64,000 nucleotides of DNA from Lepidodermella squamata (taxonomy: Eukaryota; Animalia; Gastrotricha). Shown one piece after another: positions 20,654 to 33,739 of this stretch. Location of the stretch: NCBI GenBank assembly GCA_047495785.1, contig JBLDXI010000007.1, forward strand, positions 4,154,001-4,218,000, read 5' to 3'. How positions within the stretch are numbered: position 1 is the first letter of the stretch; every line of letters starts with the position of its first letter. The position numbers were made by a program, and so were the translations under genes. The notes beneath the pieces were generated by a model that saw nothing but the letters and a program-made list of their open reading frames with translations, searched no databases and was not told where the DNA came from.

Positions 20654-23613
20654 ATGATGAAAATCGCTATTATCCTTCTCCCAATATTCAGCCTGGCCAT
20701 CAGCGGTCCTGTTCAGCCATGCGGGAATTTAGTACCGCAGTTGTCTCTAATTGATAAGACCAGTGACCTGCCATCGAATTGGGACTACTACCCCGCTCCA
20801 ACGTTGAACATGGCAGGTTTAGCTGCGAATTCGACCCGACTCGCCTTCGAAGGAAATTCCTACATTGAATCAAGCCTATGGGGGAAAACGGTAAAAGCTT
20901 ATCATTCCTAACTATGCATACCATAGAAATACTTTTCTCGCCAACGCAGCCTTTCAACATGAGCAATTTCTATATAGAAGTTCTGGTTTCGATAAAAAAC
21001 GCCGATTCGCTATCCGCGGATGGTTTCATGCTAGCAATCGCAAAAAATGCCTCGATTCTCAGATCTAGCTTGAACAGTCGTTACGGCGTGAACTATGCTA
21101 CATTTGCTGGTCTGGCCGTGGTTTTCAACCCTCGAAAGGGCTTGATAACAAGTGCAATAAGTAGTTCGCCCTTTGGCGGTGTTATGACGCATTGTTGGAG
21201 CCCAGGCTTGTTGATTTGCAAATACAGTCCCCCGACTTGGGCATTCAATTCCAACAACGTACTGTACCAAGTAAAAGTTGAAAATGGAGGAGACGTCACG
21301 GTAAGATGGCCTCGTGATTACGGAAGTTTCGAAATCTTATACCTGCTTTTCAGATCGGTATTTGCCAGAACGCAGCAAACTGCGTGGGACCTTTTTACGG
21401 CAGGTCGAATGGCTCTTCCCTCGTTAGTTCGTTCGTTGGCCAAACTATGCTTCTGGGTATCGGCGCAGGAAACGACAATGCTTCAGACACGCTTGATATT
21501 CACCGAATCTCTGTCTACGATTGTTCATCTTCAGTATCGACAACGCCCTCTCCTCCTGCCGCACCTAACATGACGAGAACTATGCCGATTTGCGGCACAT
21601 TGGTACCATGGTTCTCTCTGGTCGATCACAACACAGACCGGTCTCTATATTGGGATTATTACCCGTCCACATCTTTAACCACTGTTTGGTCGCTGGATTC
21701 ATATTGGCAAGATCCTAATACAACAAGAATTTCATCAGATAGTGTCTTGTACATCACATCAGGAATTTGGTCGAAAAACGTGAGTTATTTTAGGTTAACA
21801 GTAAATTTTGTACTGATACTTACGCCACAATATCAGCCTTTCAACTTGAGTAATTTCTACATCGAAGTGCTGGCGAAAATTGATGACGTCGACGGCATGG
21901 TGGGCGATGGCTTTTCTGTATTAATTGCTAATAACGCGTCGATCGGCCGACCTCGCGCCTACGCCGGAGGTTTGATATTAAAGATTAAAGCCGAGAATAT
22001 CACAGTTGGTGTCCCACTTTTCAGGTAACTACGGTATTGACTGGAGCGTTTTCACGGGCTTCTCTACAATCATAACGCCGTTTAACAGCCTATTCACTAG
22101 CCTGTTACTATCAACACCGATAAACAATTACCCGTCGAATTGCCTTGTGGGTCCCGTTCCGTTGGCCTGTATGAGTCCACCCAGGGCTTTGATGGTAAAT
22201 ACTTACATGCTGATTCAGATTCGAGTCACTGCGTCCAACAACTTTTCAGTAAGCTGCCTTACATTTTTACAGAAACTGTATGATCTGTTATTTCAGATTG
22301 GTGCGTGCACTGCAAATGGTACTTGTATTGGTCCGTTCTATTCGGATCTGACTATTCGAAATATGACTATTCCATCGACCTCGCCTAATCAAACAATGCT
22401 GTTTGGCATCGGAGGCAAATCTGGGACCTTTGGTGATAATGTTGATCTGCTTCGCATTGCAGTCTACGATTGCGATCCAACAACGACCACTACTACAACT
22501 GATAGTACCACTACTACTACCACTACTCCTTCTACTACAACAACAACTACCACTACTACTTCTACAACCACAACATCAGCTACTTCTTCAACCACAACAT
22601 TAGCTACTTCTTCTACTAGCAGCACTACGACTGCGACTACTTCAACAGCTGCGTCTTCTTCTTCAACACGGTTGAGCACGAGCAGCTCAACAACATCTAC
22701 GAGTGAAGCTACAACATCCTCAGTGACGCATCGATCTTCTACGTCTTTACCTATCACTTTCACAACTTCGAAATGGAACAATGCCACAGGTAATTTCACA
22801 CCAGTAATCAATTAAACAATAATGATCGATCAGCCTCAACTTGATGGGCAAGAGGCCAAATGCAATTGTTAGATTTCTTTCCGTCATCCCACATTTCCAA
22901 TCTTTTGCCTATGAATAATATTTCCATTCTTCCTAGTTTCAAATACTACGCTGGACATCAGCATCATGGTCGATAGCTCGCGATCGATACCCATGACTAG
23001 ACTAGCTCAGTTGAAAGCGTTTTTGATGCAGCTCACCGGGCAACTCCTCTTGCTTGCCACTACAACGCAGGTAAGGTCATTCCCACGCTGAATACAAGAT
23101 ATCACACAAGTACTCATTCAACTTTAGCTCACCGTCGAAATATTTGGCGGTCGAACAGCCGGTCACGCGATGAGCATATCAGAAGTTTTAGACGCCTCCA
23201 ATATAACTTACTTCGAAGGGCCGGGAGATAACTCTAACGCGATGCAGAGATTCATACGGCGGAAATTCATCAATGGTTTGTTAAGATTTAATTTGCGTAG
23301 CGGCATCGATTTTTTTACGCGAATTTCTCTCTCTACAGGTGGGCAAGAGCAAAATGCTACTCAGGTCGCTATAGTTCTTACAGGTTCCCCGCGACATGAA
23401 GCTTCAACTTTGGAGAATCAGCTGAGCATCGTTGCAGAGAGTGGGAAAAAAGTAATCCTGGTTCGATTGCAATCCAGATTTCAAAGCGACCAGCCCAGGA
23501 AGCAGGCGGCGAGATTTGCCGTTAGAAACTACCCAGTCATAGACATTGTTGGGTGGAATAACTTGAATACCTACATGCCACTAGTTATGAATAACTTACT
23601 TCAAATTTCTTGA
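20654..23613 (+). CDS. Secreted protein: SP, 2 L-type lectin-like domains, Thr/Ser mucin stalk, VWA domain (8 exons)
   Basis: Lectin motifs TRL...LW.K.PF...ADGF/GDGF...FGIGG...DNVDL; poly-Thr at 22478-22770; spliced VWA LDISIMVDSSRSI (DxSxS) and VAIVLTG; AATAAA near 23629. Confidence 0.82.
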
Positions 23614-23863
23614 ATTCCCGTGGAATCAAATAAAAATGTTTGCATCGTTGAGTGAAGGTGGATTATCATCCATTCGGCTCTAAATGCGTAACCCAAGTCG
23701 TCCCATTGTTCATTGTTTTTCAATTTTTACACGTTTGTTTACGAATTTTTCATGAATTATAAATGAACCCACGGCGCATGTACTCAGGTGCGTTCAAAGT
23801 GCGACCCCTAAAAGTTAGTTTCGCAACTTACAGTATTTCAAAACAAGAAAACTGTTATAGACA

Positions 23864-26800
23864 ATGTTTCGACTGTTCCTTCCCCTAATCGCCTCATTTT
23901 CCGGTACAGTAGTGGCACCCACTGTTCAATCATGCGGAACTTTAGTCCCCCAGCTGTCCCTCATCAACACAGCTGCAGATTTGGCAGCGTACTGGAACTA
24001 CCACCCAGCGCCTGGGCTGACGTTGACGGGTAAATGGGCGAATGCTACCCGATTGACGTATGAAGGACAGGCTCCTCAAGCCTCCGGGCTGTGGGCGCGG
24101 CAGCCTTTCAACTACAGCAGTTTCTACATCGAAATCACAGCGACTATCAACGACGCAAATGGCCAATACGGCGATGGGTTTCAAGTAACTATCGGGAATA
24201 ACGCATCCTTACTTCGAGGCAGTGCGACCAGTTTGGATGGCTACTCTGTCAACTGGGCTTCCTTCGTTGGCTGGGCCTTGCAAATCTCACCGGATAAGGC
24301 TCATATCTGGGGCATGATGACGCCAACACCCTACGGGGTAATCATCAACTACTGCAACCGAACCGGGGTATTCTTGTGCCAGTACGACCCTCCAGGCTAT
24401 GCATTATGGTCGAGTAACATGTTGTACCAAATTCGAGTTGAAAACGGGCAAGATATCTGGGTAATTGAACTAATGCATCTTTGAGTAGTATTCACGCCTT
24501 TTCTACCTATCTAGCTATCGATTTGCCAAGGCGGGCAATGCGTCGGGCCGTTTTTTGGCCAGGCAACTGCTGCGGCACTAATGGGCTCATTTCTAGGCCA
24601 AAATATGATTTTTGGCATAGGAGGTAGCAACGACAATTACTCGAGTACAGTTGACATACTACGAATAGCCTTTTACGATTGCACGTCATCGCCCAGTCCA
24701 ACGACCCCGGTTCCGCCAGTACTGCCAGTTGTGTCGCGAAATGTAGCGACGTGCGGCGTGGTTCAACCCCAATTTTCGCTTATCGATCACAGCGTTGATT
24801 TGCCCGCATACTGGGATTACTACCCATCAATCGCGAGAACTACGAAATGGACACTGGATTCTCTCGGATTGGAACCTAACACAACAAGGCTCACTTCAGA
24901 GCGAGTGACATACATTGAAACTGGCATATGGGCAAAAACGGTGAGAAAACTAACATTCACTATAGTTCAGCATCTTCGCTTAGGCGATTTTGAATTAAAC
25001 TTTCTTCATCTCAAAAAAAATTAGATTTCAAATTACCTATACTAAATTTGACAATTTGTATTGACTTAAGAATTTATAAATTTCGGAATTGATTGCCGAT
25101 TTCATTTTATGTATTCCATATTTTGCAGCCCATCACGACGCAGAACTTCTACGTTGAAGTGCTACTCCGCAACGTGAATTTCGACACAATGGCTGGTGAT
25201 GGTTTCGCAATCTATATCGCCAATAACAACTCAATTGGCAGGCCCCAGCCGATGCAAGGAGGTGAGACAAATTTTGAAAATTTGACTACCTAATAGCTCT
25301 GTTGTTATTGCAGGAACGTCATTCGGGGCGGACTGGAACACCTTCACTGGATTTTTCGCTGTGTTCGCGCCTTTCGCTGGATTAGTGAATGCTGGAACTA
25401 TAACCAGCCCAATCGGAGGGGCGCCTTATTCGTGCCCGAACGCGAACACAATTATCTGCGTAACTGCCGACACAGCGTCTCTGACGAACAACTTCATTCG
25501 CTTCTCCCTTCGAGTTTTGAGCGGTACAAACGTAACGGTTCGTTACTCCCTGCTTTTCCTTTTCGAAATATTATTGTTTTGTGGCTTACAGATCGGAGCT
25601 TGCATAGGAAATGGTACTTGCATCGGGCCATATACAGCGAATCTGGGGAGTCAGCTGATTAATTCATTCGGTAATCGCACCAATATCTTCGGCATTGGAG
25701 GCAAAGCTGGGGCGTATGCAGACACGAATGACATATACCAGATCGCGTTCTATGATTGCGCTAATTACACGACTACAACTAGTACGACCACCACTTCGAC
25801 GACGACGACCACTACTAGCACACCCACAACTACGACCACTACAAGCCCTTCGACGTCAACGGCGTCATCAACAACTACTCCGGGTAGTTCATCCACCTCT
25901 CTTTCAACTCCAAGCCCATCAACTACTACTACAACTTCGCAAATAACTTCAACATCTACCGGCTCCACCTCTACAACTTCAGCAGTTTTGACTAGTTCGA
26001 TTGCCTTGACTACTTCATCTTCATCTACGGCATCAACATCATTCATGAGCTCTGCTTCAACTCTGAATCTGACCTCGCTGAGCACGTTGATTTCCGATAA
26101 ACCAACGCCATCGACTTCTATTCCCTCGTCGACTATCACGCCACCTACACCTACTTCGACCACGTCGAGTTCCTCCTCAACATCCATCACGGGTATGTAT
26201 CGATTGCTCACTCATGCGTTTGATCTCTCATCACTGTTCCAATACTGTTCTGTGGTAATTTTCAGGCCAAACATCATCTTTCTCAACCAATTCGCCAGTT
26301 TTAAATGCTTCGACTACGCTATCTACTGAGGCTGTTATTTCTACCTCTGCAGCATCAATTGCTAGCGTCTCAGCAATCACTGCGAACTCGACTCTCACCT
26401 CTCCCAGTCCAGTTTCCATCGTTACCGACGCCACAGTTAAGCCAACTTTGCCTTCATCAAACGGTAATTGATTTTTCAATAACAAAGCTTTCTTATTTTG
26501 AGAATTACTCAAAATAAGAATGATTAAAATGTTTGCACCAGATCGCGTTTTTTATTATCTCTAAATAACAGGATCGAAGACAACCTCATCGAGGTCTGCA
26601 AGTGCAATCCTAACTCTGGTTGATCTCAATAGTGCAACTGAAGGGCCCACGTCTATTAACGAAAGAGATGCGTTCACAGGCTTTCCGATTCCTAATCTCA
26701 TTGATGGGCAAGTCAACCCAGCGCTCAAGTTAAAACACCTGAAGCCATGCCCTTACATCGACCCAAAATTAAAGTAAGCATCAGATATAGAAACTTCTAA

Positions 26801-27827
26801 GCTACTAACAATACTTTATCCAATCAGAGCCCCTGAAGTAGATACCAATATCTTTATATCGCTTGTAATCGAACGAATGAATTCTATCAATACAATGACG
26901 AAAGAAATTTCGCTCGTCGCAACACTATCCGTCCAATGGATGGTCAATAACTGTCCTGCTATCATCACTGCACCGGATATCGATGATTCAGACCGAATCT
27001 TCGTAGCGAAACGCGGCGAAGTTTGGCTGCCCAAAGTCCGCTTCGCAAACGGTACAAATGATCTATTCATGAAGGGCATGGGCTATTCTGAGGACATTCA
27101 GATCGTCTACTACCCAACCAGGCCAAATCGAACGCTTTTCTTCCACTGGTCACGTTTCGGAACTTTCGCCTCGAAATGCTCGCTGGACCTGCGGAAATTC
27201 CCATTCGACACGCAACAGTGCGAGTACACCTTTGTCATCGATGAAACGCCTGTTTATCTCGAATTCGCTGGGATTTTTCTTGGTAACGAATTTCTACTGT
27301 CAAACGAGTTGTGGACCCTGAAGTCCAGCAAAAACCAGTTTGGTTACACCTCATCGCTGAAGAGACACGGTGGCATAGCAAGTTTCGCTAAATTCACTGT
27401 AGTTCTGGCCCGAGATGCGAGTCATTTGATTGTCAATCAGATGGTACCTGTTTACATATTGCTATTCCTTGTCCTATCGTCATTTGTCATTGAGCCGTCG
27501 AAGATTGATCGAGCTTTATTCAGTGGGACAGCTATGTTGTCGATGATTGTCGCTCAGTCCGATGTTCTGCGGTCTGTCCCAGAGACGTCGCAGCGAATTT
27601 TGTACGTCGAGTACATCTTGATGTGCACGGGCCTCACTGGGTCGATTACCATTTACGAAATGGTTGCTTTCTTCATCTCACGGGCTGATCCATCACTCGC
27701 GAATGGCAGTGTTAGAGTTTTGCGGCTCAATTTGTCCCAAATTCGGCACATGGATGTGGCAGTTTTACTGCTAGCTCTTGACGTCATTATCGCAACAAAT
27801 TTGTACGCGGCTATTGTAGTTTCATGA
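23864..27827 (+). CDS. Cys-loop ligand-gated ion channel subunit with N-terminal tandem L-type lectin domains and mucin stalk (exons 23864-24460, 24515-24940, 25129-25261, 25314-25537, 25592-26192, 26266-26463, 26572-26773, 26828-27827)
   Basis: All introns are GT-AG and phase-compatible with no stop codon. WLPK loop A; Cys-loop CSLDLRKFPFDTQQC (C-x13-C); four TM helices, with M2 DRALFSGTAMLSM. Confidence 0.8.
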
Positions 27828-28487
27828 GATATTCGACAATCCGGATTTAACCACGGAAGATAGAAAATAAAGTCAAGAGCTTTTGCTATCTAGAATAGCT
27901 TCCGTTTCAATTTCCTTACCTTTGATTTTCGAACGATGGCAGATCTTTTGCCATTTGCATGCCCATTTACGGAAAATCAGAATGGGACAAGGAAAAGGCA
28001 GCCCCCTCCTCCCTCCACCTGGAAGGAAACCCCTAAAAACCTTAGGGCCGAAAATACCCGAAAGTACCTGCCAGCAGAGGATCCTACTTCGTACAATGAA
28101 TGGGAAAGTTCTCAATTCCAAACGTGGCAAACATGATTTGTTAATGTGTCATTTCTATCTGCACAATTTACACCTGGATTACAGGTTCCTTTTACGTCAA
28201 TATTTATTGTAATAGTGTAGAGTGGCACGGCTCTTGAAAATTTGCCACTAACATGGCCCTGCGTGCATAATCAACCCGGTGTAATTTATCGATTATTCTA
28301 TGTCGCAAAAGCTACCAGCAATTCATGGTCGCCCAGAAATGTAGTCTATTAGTAGCTCACAGACCGCTTACGCAAATATAAAAAAACGATAGCAGTGGCG
28401 GCCATTAGATAGCTCATTACGCCGTCTCTAAGAGATAAAAATCGCATTCATAGCCATGGGAAAAATTACGAAATAATAACAGACAAA

Positions 28488-29187
28488 ATGACAGCACCGA
28501 GTCTACATCAACAAAAGGTTAAGGACAATTCTATTTACCTCTCTGGTTTTACTCATTATTCGATTGATTTCTTTTTAGGAATTTTTCGAACTTTGCGCGG
28601 GAGGAAATGCCGGCAAGGTTCAGCTCTACATAAATCAGTCGACTTGCGATCGCCTAGCACTGATCCAGTCAAAATGGGACACGGAGCATTTTGGTGAGAA
28701 ATTGAACGGCTGTGATGTGGCTGATAATTCCACTAGCCTCCACATTGCCAGCCTGTTTGGCCACCCTGACGTTATCGAATCTGTCCTGGTTGCGAAGCTC
28801 ATGCTGGAGAAAGAGCGGAACAACGCCGAGGCTTTCGAGGCCACCAAGAAATTTACTAATCAGAAGAATCAATGCCAAGCAACCGCTTTGCACACTGCTG
28901 CTCTGAGTCGGCATTTGGCTTGCGTCAAAGTGCTGGCAGAATTTCAAGCTGATGGCCAGGTAGGTGTTGCGGACTTGAATGCGCAAGACATGCGAGGATG
29001 GACGCCGCTAATGTATGCCATTGAGGGCAATTCTGAGGACGTTTTGCGGTATTTAATAGGCAAGAAGGCTCATTTGAATGTCCGCGATAGGATGGGAAGA
29101 ACCGCGTTGAAAATTGCGAACCAATGGGATGGAAAAGCTCGCAAGCATCTGGCGGAGATCCTCAAGAAGAATGGAGCCACGGAATGA
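28488..29187 (+). CDS. Small ankyrin-repeat protein (exons 28488-28517, 28579-29187)
   Basis: STSLHIA, ATALHTA, GWTPLMYA, GRTALKIA repeats. Confidence 0.85.
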
Positions 29188-29859
29188 CAAAGCTGAGACT
29201 AAGCCAGTGATTATTTATGAGTACTTAATTGAAAACAAATAAACAGTTGTGGCTTGCAAAACAGTGGTTTTAGAATGTTGTTGTTTGACTGAATGATTCG
29301 TCAAATCGGCGGAACAGTGAACTTGCAATGTCAGAAGTCAGCATTTCGAAATTGTCCCCATGTTCATGAAACGGTTAAGAACCCTCGTCAACCATTGAGG
29401 ATGAACCTTCACATAAATTTAGAACTGACTGCTTTATTTTTCATTTTAGGCGTGACGGAGCAAACAACTGACATTTTGGAAATTTTTGACGGCTGAGGAT
29501 AACAAATTTCCCATCACCTTAATTTTCAGGAATCGTATCTTTCTTCTCAATTTTCCATGTCTTACTCAAATGATAAGACTGATATATGATAAGACTCGTT
29601 GTGAATTTCATTCATATTCCGGGAAGTTGAGACCTTTCTGCTAAAAATGCTACTAGGGCGTGTTCTTTGCTCGTCCCATTTTGCAGCCCGAATTCAGTCG
29701 ATACCACGTTTGCGTAGTTATGCCACCTACATCTTGTAGCAAGAAAAACCTATTCGGTATTTCTGTTGCTGATAAGGCGCGCAAGTTGTACCTAAAATAC
29801 TGATAAGGTTCAGCCGAAACGGTAGCCAGTATTAACACAAAGCCTATCGCAATTCCATC

Positions 29860-31225
29860 ATGGCAACCGGCTCTTTTAACACCGACATTTTCGAAGTGCT
29901 GCCAACGCATGCAAATTTCCAGCTGACCGAACGGCTTCGAAGCGCATTTTACTTCAGAGTTGACAAGGCAGTGGAAGAAGCGACAAGTCGCTGTTTCGCC
30001 CTTAAAGAAGTCGACTTCTCGAAGCTGAAATTCAACGATGACGGGAAGCTGGAGGAAACCATTCGAAGGGACGCTGCGACGATGCAGAAGCTGGACCACG
30101 ATAATGTCCTCAAAGTTCACGCTTCGTTCACTGGAACCAACGGCCTGTTCTACGTCGTAATAGAGTACTGCGATGGCGGTACTCTGAAACAAGTCATCGA
30201 TAACCGGCGAAATGCAATTAAGCCTGAACTTTTCAGTGAAGATCTGGTTTGCAGCTCCCTGGCTCAAATCGCGACAGCTCTTGTTTGGCTTCACGATCGC
30301 AATATTTTGCATCAGGATGTTAGCACGGACAACATTTTCATGACTGAACCTCGAGATCCAAGGGATGAAAACGATAGGCTGAGACGGACTAAGCTCAAAT
30401 TAGGGGACTTTGGCCTCATTGGAGTTATGAATAGGTAAGGAATCAAAAGGAATCTGTTAAGCCAAGCTTCAACTTTCCTTTTCAGGGAACAAATGATTAA
30501 AGATGCCAGTGTCATAGCTCCAGAAGTTGTGAATGGAGTCGCTTACGACGAGAAGTCTGAAGTTTGGGCTGTAGGCGTAGTCGCGTATGAATTGGCCACT
30601 CTCAACCTTCCAGTGAGTTTGGCCTCAAATATCCCCGAAATAGTACATTTCGCTTTTTTCAAAGTTCAAAGCCGGTTCTCTAGATCCGATTTCAGAGGCA
30701 GATTACGGTCCCGAGCTGTGCGAACTAATTGAAGAGAAAACTTTAGTTGCAAACCCTGACAGGCGATATTCGATGGTTCAAGTTTTGGAGCACAAGGCCA
30801 TTCGCTATCACGTTAAAAAGTACAAGTCGAAAATGTCGAAGCGTAAGATGGAAGCGATGCAGGAGCAGATGAAGAAGCTGTCGTCAACTGTCCGAGATCT
30901 TCAGGTATATAACAGATTGTGACGCTGTGGGGTTTCCGAACTATTTGTATTACTTTGTAGAAAACTCTTGAAGCTACGAAGCAAGAACTTGCCTACTCGA
31001 CGGATCAAACAATGGAGTTGAACGCGAAGGTTCTCGAGCTCGAATTCGAGGGCATCGAGTTCAACGTCAGGATTCAAAACCTTGAAAATGCCCTAGCTGC
31101 GGTATATAATTTATTATCTGAGAGGTCTTGAATTAAGCCTAATGTTTCTTTTCTAGGCTTCGAGCAACGGAAAAGGTGATAATCAAACAAACGATGCATC
31201 GAAACAGTCTGAGCCGAAGGACTAA
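29860..31225 (+). CDS. Divergent NEK-like Ser/Thr kinase with C-terminal coiled coil (5 exons)
   Basis: FALKEV, LDHDNVLK, EYCDGGTL, HQDVSTDNIF, KLGDFG, APE, KSEVWAVG, PDRR; spliced heptad-rich tail. Confidence 0.85.
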
Positions 31226-31582
31226 ATTAGCGATGATGTAGCCCTTATAATTACTATGTATTACGTACGAGAAATAATATATGGCATATTTTGGCTTTCC
31301 AAGTGCTGCTTGATACCCACGATGTTGAATTAGGGTAGGAAACAAACCCAAAACATGAATTGCTGAAGACGGCATATTAGTCCACCGACGTTATCCACAT
31401 CTCAAAGCTTAGAAAACTGAAAGGAGCTCTGGATTTTATTTTGCCCCGCTATAAAACCATGGTCCAGCTTCAAGTGTCTTGGAACTGAATGTCTCGACTA
31501 TTTTCTATTTCGAAGCATTTTTATTTTAACCACACAGTGCCTACAGCCATCAAAAAAGTTGTTTCACGTCGGCTGATATCGG

Positions 31583-31625
31583 CGGAAAAATCACTGATTT
31601 GTAAAATCGATAATTGAAATCGATA
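31583..31625 (+). repeat. Dispersed repeat fragment; 43 bp identical to 35957-35999
   Basis: CGGAAAAATCACTGATTTGTAAAATCGATAATTGAAATCGATA occurs at both sites, with weaker similarity downstream. Confidence 0.8.
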
Positions 31626-33739
31626 ACGCCATTTCAGGCAGAAACTATGGCGCAAAGTACGAGAAACACGCAGACCTATCTTAGAAGTTGAGCGTTGAAC
31701 CCGAAAACTCATTTATTATAGGGAAACCTAGTGCTGGAACCCTAAATTTATGTGCATATGAAAAATTTCGTGGGCTGATCGATATTTTTCCCGAAAAAAA
31801 TAATGCCCGGTTTTTGGTGTATGTATTTAATCAGGTTGAATTTTTTCCGCCCGGTTCAAATGCAAATCTCGATGATTTACAACAATTACGATGCTGATGA
31901 TGATGATTTTTTTGTATTCCAATCAGCGTTGAAATGAAATGCCGACGGCGGCGGCGGTGGCCTGGTTCTGCATATATCAATTTGCGGATGGGCCTTGCAC
32001 AAGTGCTCGCCATTTACATGAGAGATGCGGGCGGCGTTGCACGCGCTCGCATCAGACCAAGCGCGCGCACTATACTTAACAAACAATATACAGTAATAAT
32101 ATAATGTAAAAATCGCAAATTATATCGCTCGCGAGTCGTCGTAATGGTCACATCGGGACGCGCTTCAACAAATTTTATTACCACGCCGCGATGTTTGAGG
32201 CCGAAAAATAATATAATACTCGATATACACATACACACCGCCCGCTGCCCAGTGTAAATACAATGAAAAATGAAAAAAAATTATCGATCAATAATTTTTT
32301 GCGCTGTCACCCACCCTGCTGGCTGGCTGGCGGGATGGATGGACGCCGAAAATCGTAGTAACGCCAGTGAGGATATTGCGAAAGCTGTGTAGTAGTAGTA
32401 GTAGTAGGCGCAATATCGCAATATATTGATATAATAACGAAGCCTGTCGCTGCTGGTTGCGCGGCGTAAATGGCCGGCGTTTGTATTGCATTATACATCA
32501 CGTATTATAACGCTGATGCTTACTATTTTTAATAAGAATTAGCGCGCAAGCTAGGCGGCTTCGCTCTGGCTTCAGTCGCCGGACGGCGGGGCGGGCGATT
32601 CCGATTTGTCGGAAATATGCAAAATCGCCATTATTTCTATACACGACGGCTCGTCTTTACATTCTTTATTATTATTGTTTAGAAAAATCAGCATTTTTAT
32701 ATACGATGAGTCTTATTCGCACTTTAATTATTGTCGCGCGCGCCAGCGACAGCGTGTGGCCTAATTAAGTTTTATTGCTCGACGGCGGCCACACACTCGC
32801 GCTCGCACTCGCTCACTCGGGCGTCGGCGCAGTTGCGGAAGGAAGTGATTGATATTTTGGCGCGAATTAACTGCCGATATATTATGCGAGGTCGAGATCA
32901 CAGATTAATTATCACGAATTTCCTTAGTCGTACAAAAATAATATTTTATTTCTCCATTTCGGAAATAACATTTTCAGAATTAAGCAAATTTTAATTCTTT
33001 TTTCAGCAATTTTCGATAATTATCGATTCGATTTCAGTATTAGCTCGCAATAATTTTCTATTCAGGATTTTAGGAAGAGACATTTTAGATCTCATTACGC
33101 TCTCATCGGCAGTCAAGTTGTTAATTGATTTTTGATATCTTAAAAATTCGTGCTGCGGTGGAGCCACTTGCGAGTCACGGTTTTCTAAAATAGAAAAATC
33201 TCGAAAAGGAATTTCCTTAGAATTCATTAGCAAATTTTAAAATATTATTTTTAATTTATTTTTTTACATTTTTTCATTTATTGAATTTTTCCAAATTTCT
33301 AGGTTTTTTGTCCGAATTTCTAGCTCGGATCCATATTATCGCCCTTGCATTTGGTTACCGGTAATTTTCGACCCAATTTTCGCCGAAAAATCAATGCTCT
33401 GTCAGCGTGGCGCAGACATGCGCGCTTCGTAAAAGTATTCTTCCCACCTTTTATTTGCTCCCACTCTCCGTGTGGTGTAGGTATTTTCCTAAAATTTCCA
33501 GATTTTCGCGACAATTCAAAAACTGAATGTCTCGCAGTGTTTTTCTGCCCTCGAATACAAAATTACCTCGGTTACTGTCCCAAGAAAAATCATGAATAAT
33601 TTATTACAGCTAGCAATTTTATTTCCCTAGATATTCGCTATACTTTAAATATTCATCGCTTCAAAGTCGGCGCAGGCCTAGCGAGGCGATGCCCCGAATC
33701 TAGGTCAATTTATATAGCTAATTAACAAAATCGAAATCG

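Noticed and set aside
22464-22811. Val-rich minus-strand ORF (also 25765-26211)
   Set aside because: Antisense shadow of the ACN-rich Thr/Ser mucin exons.
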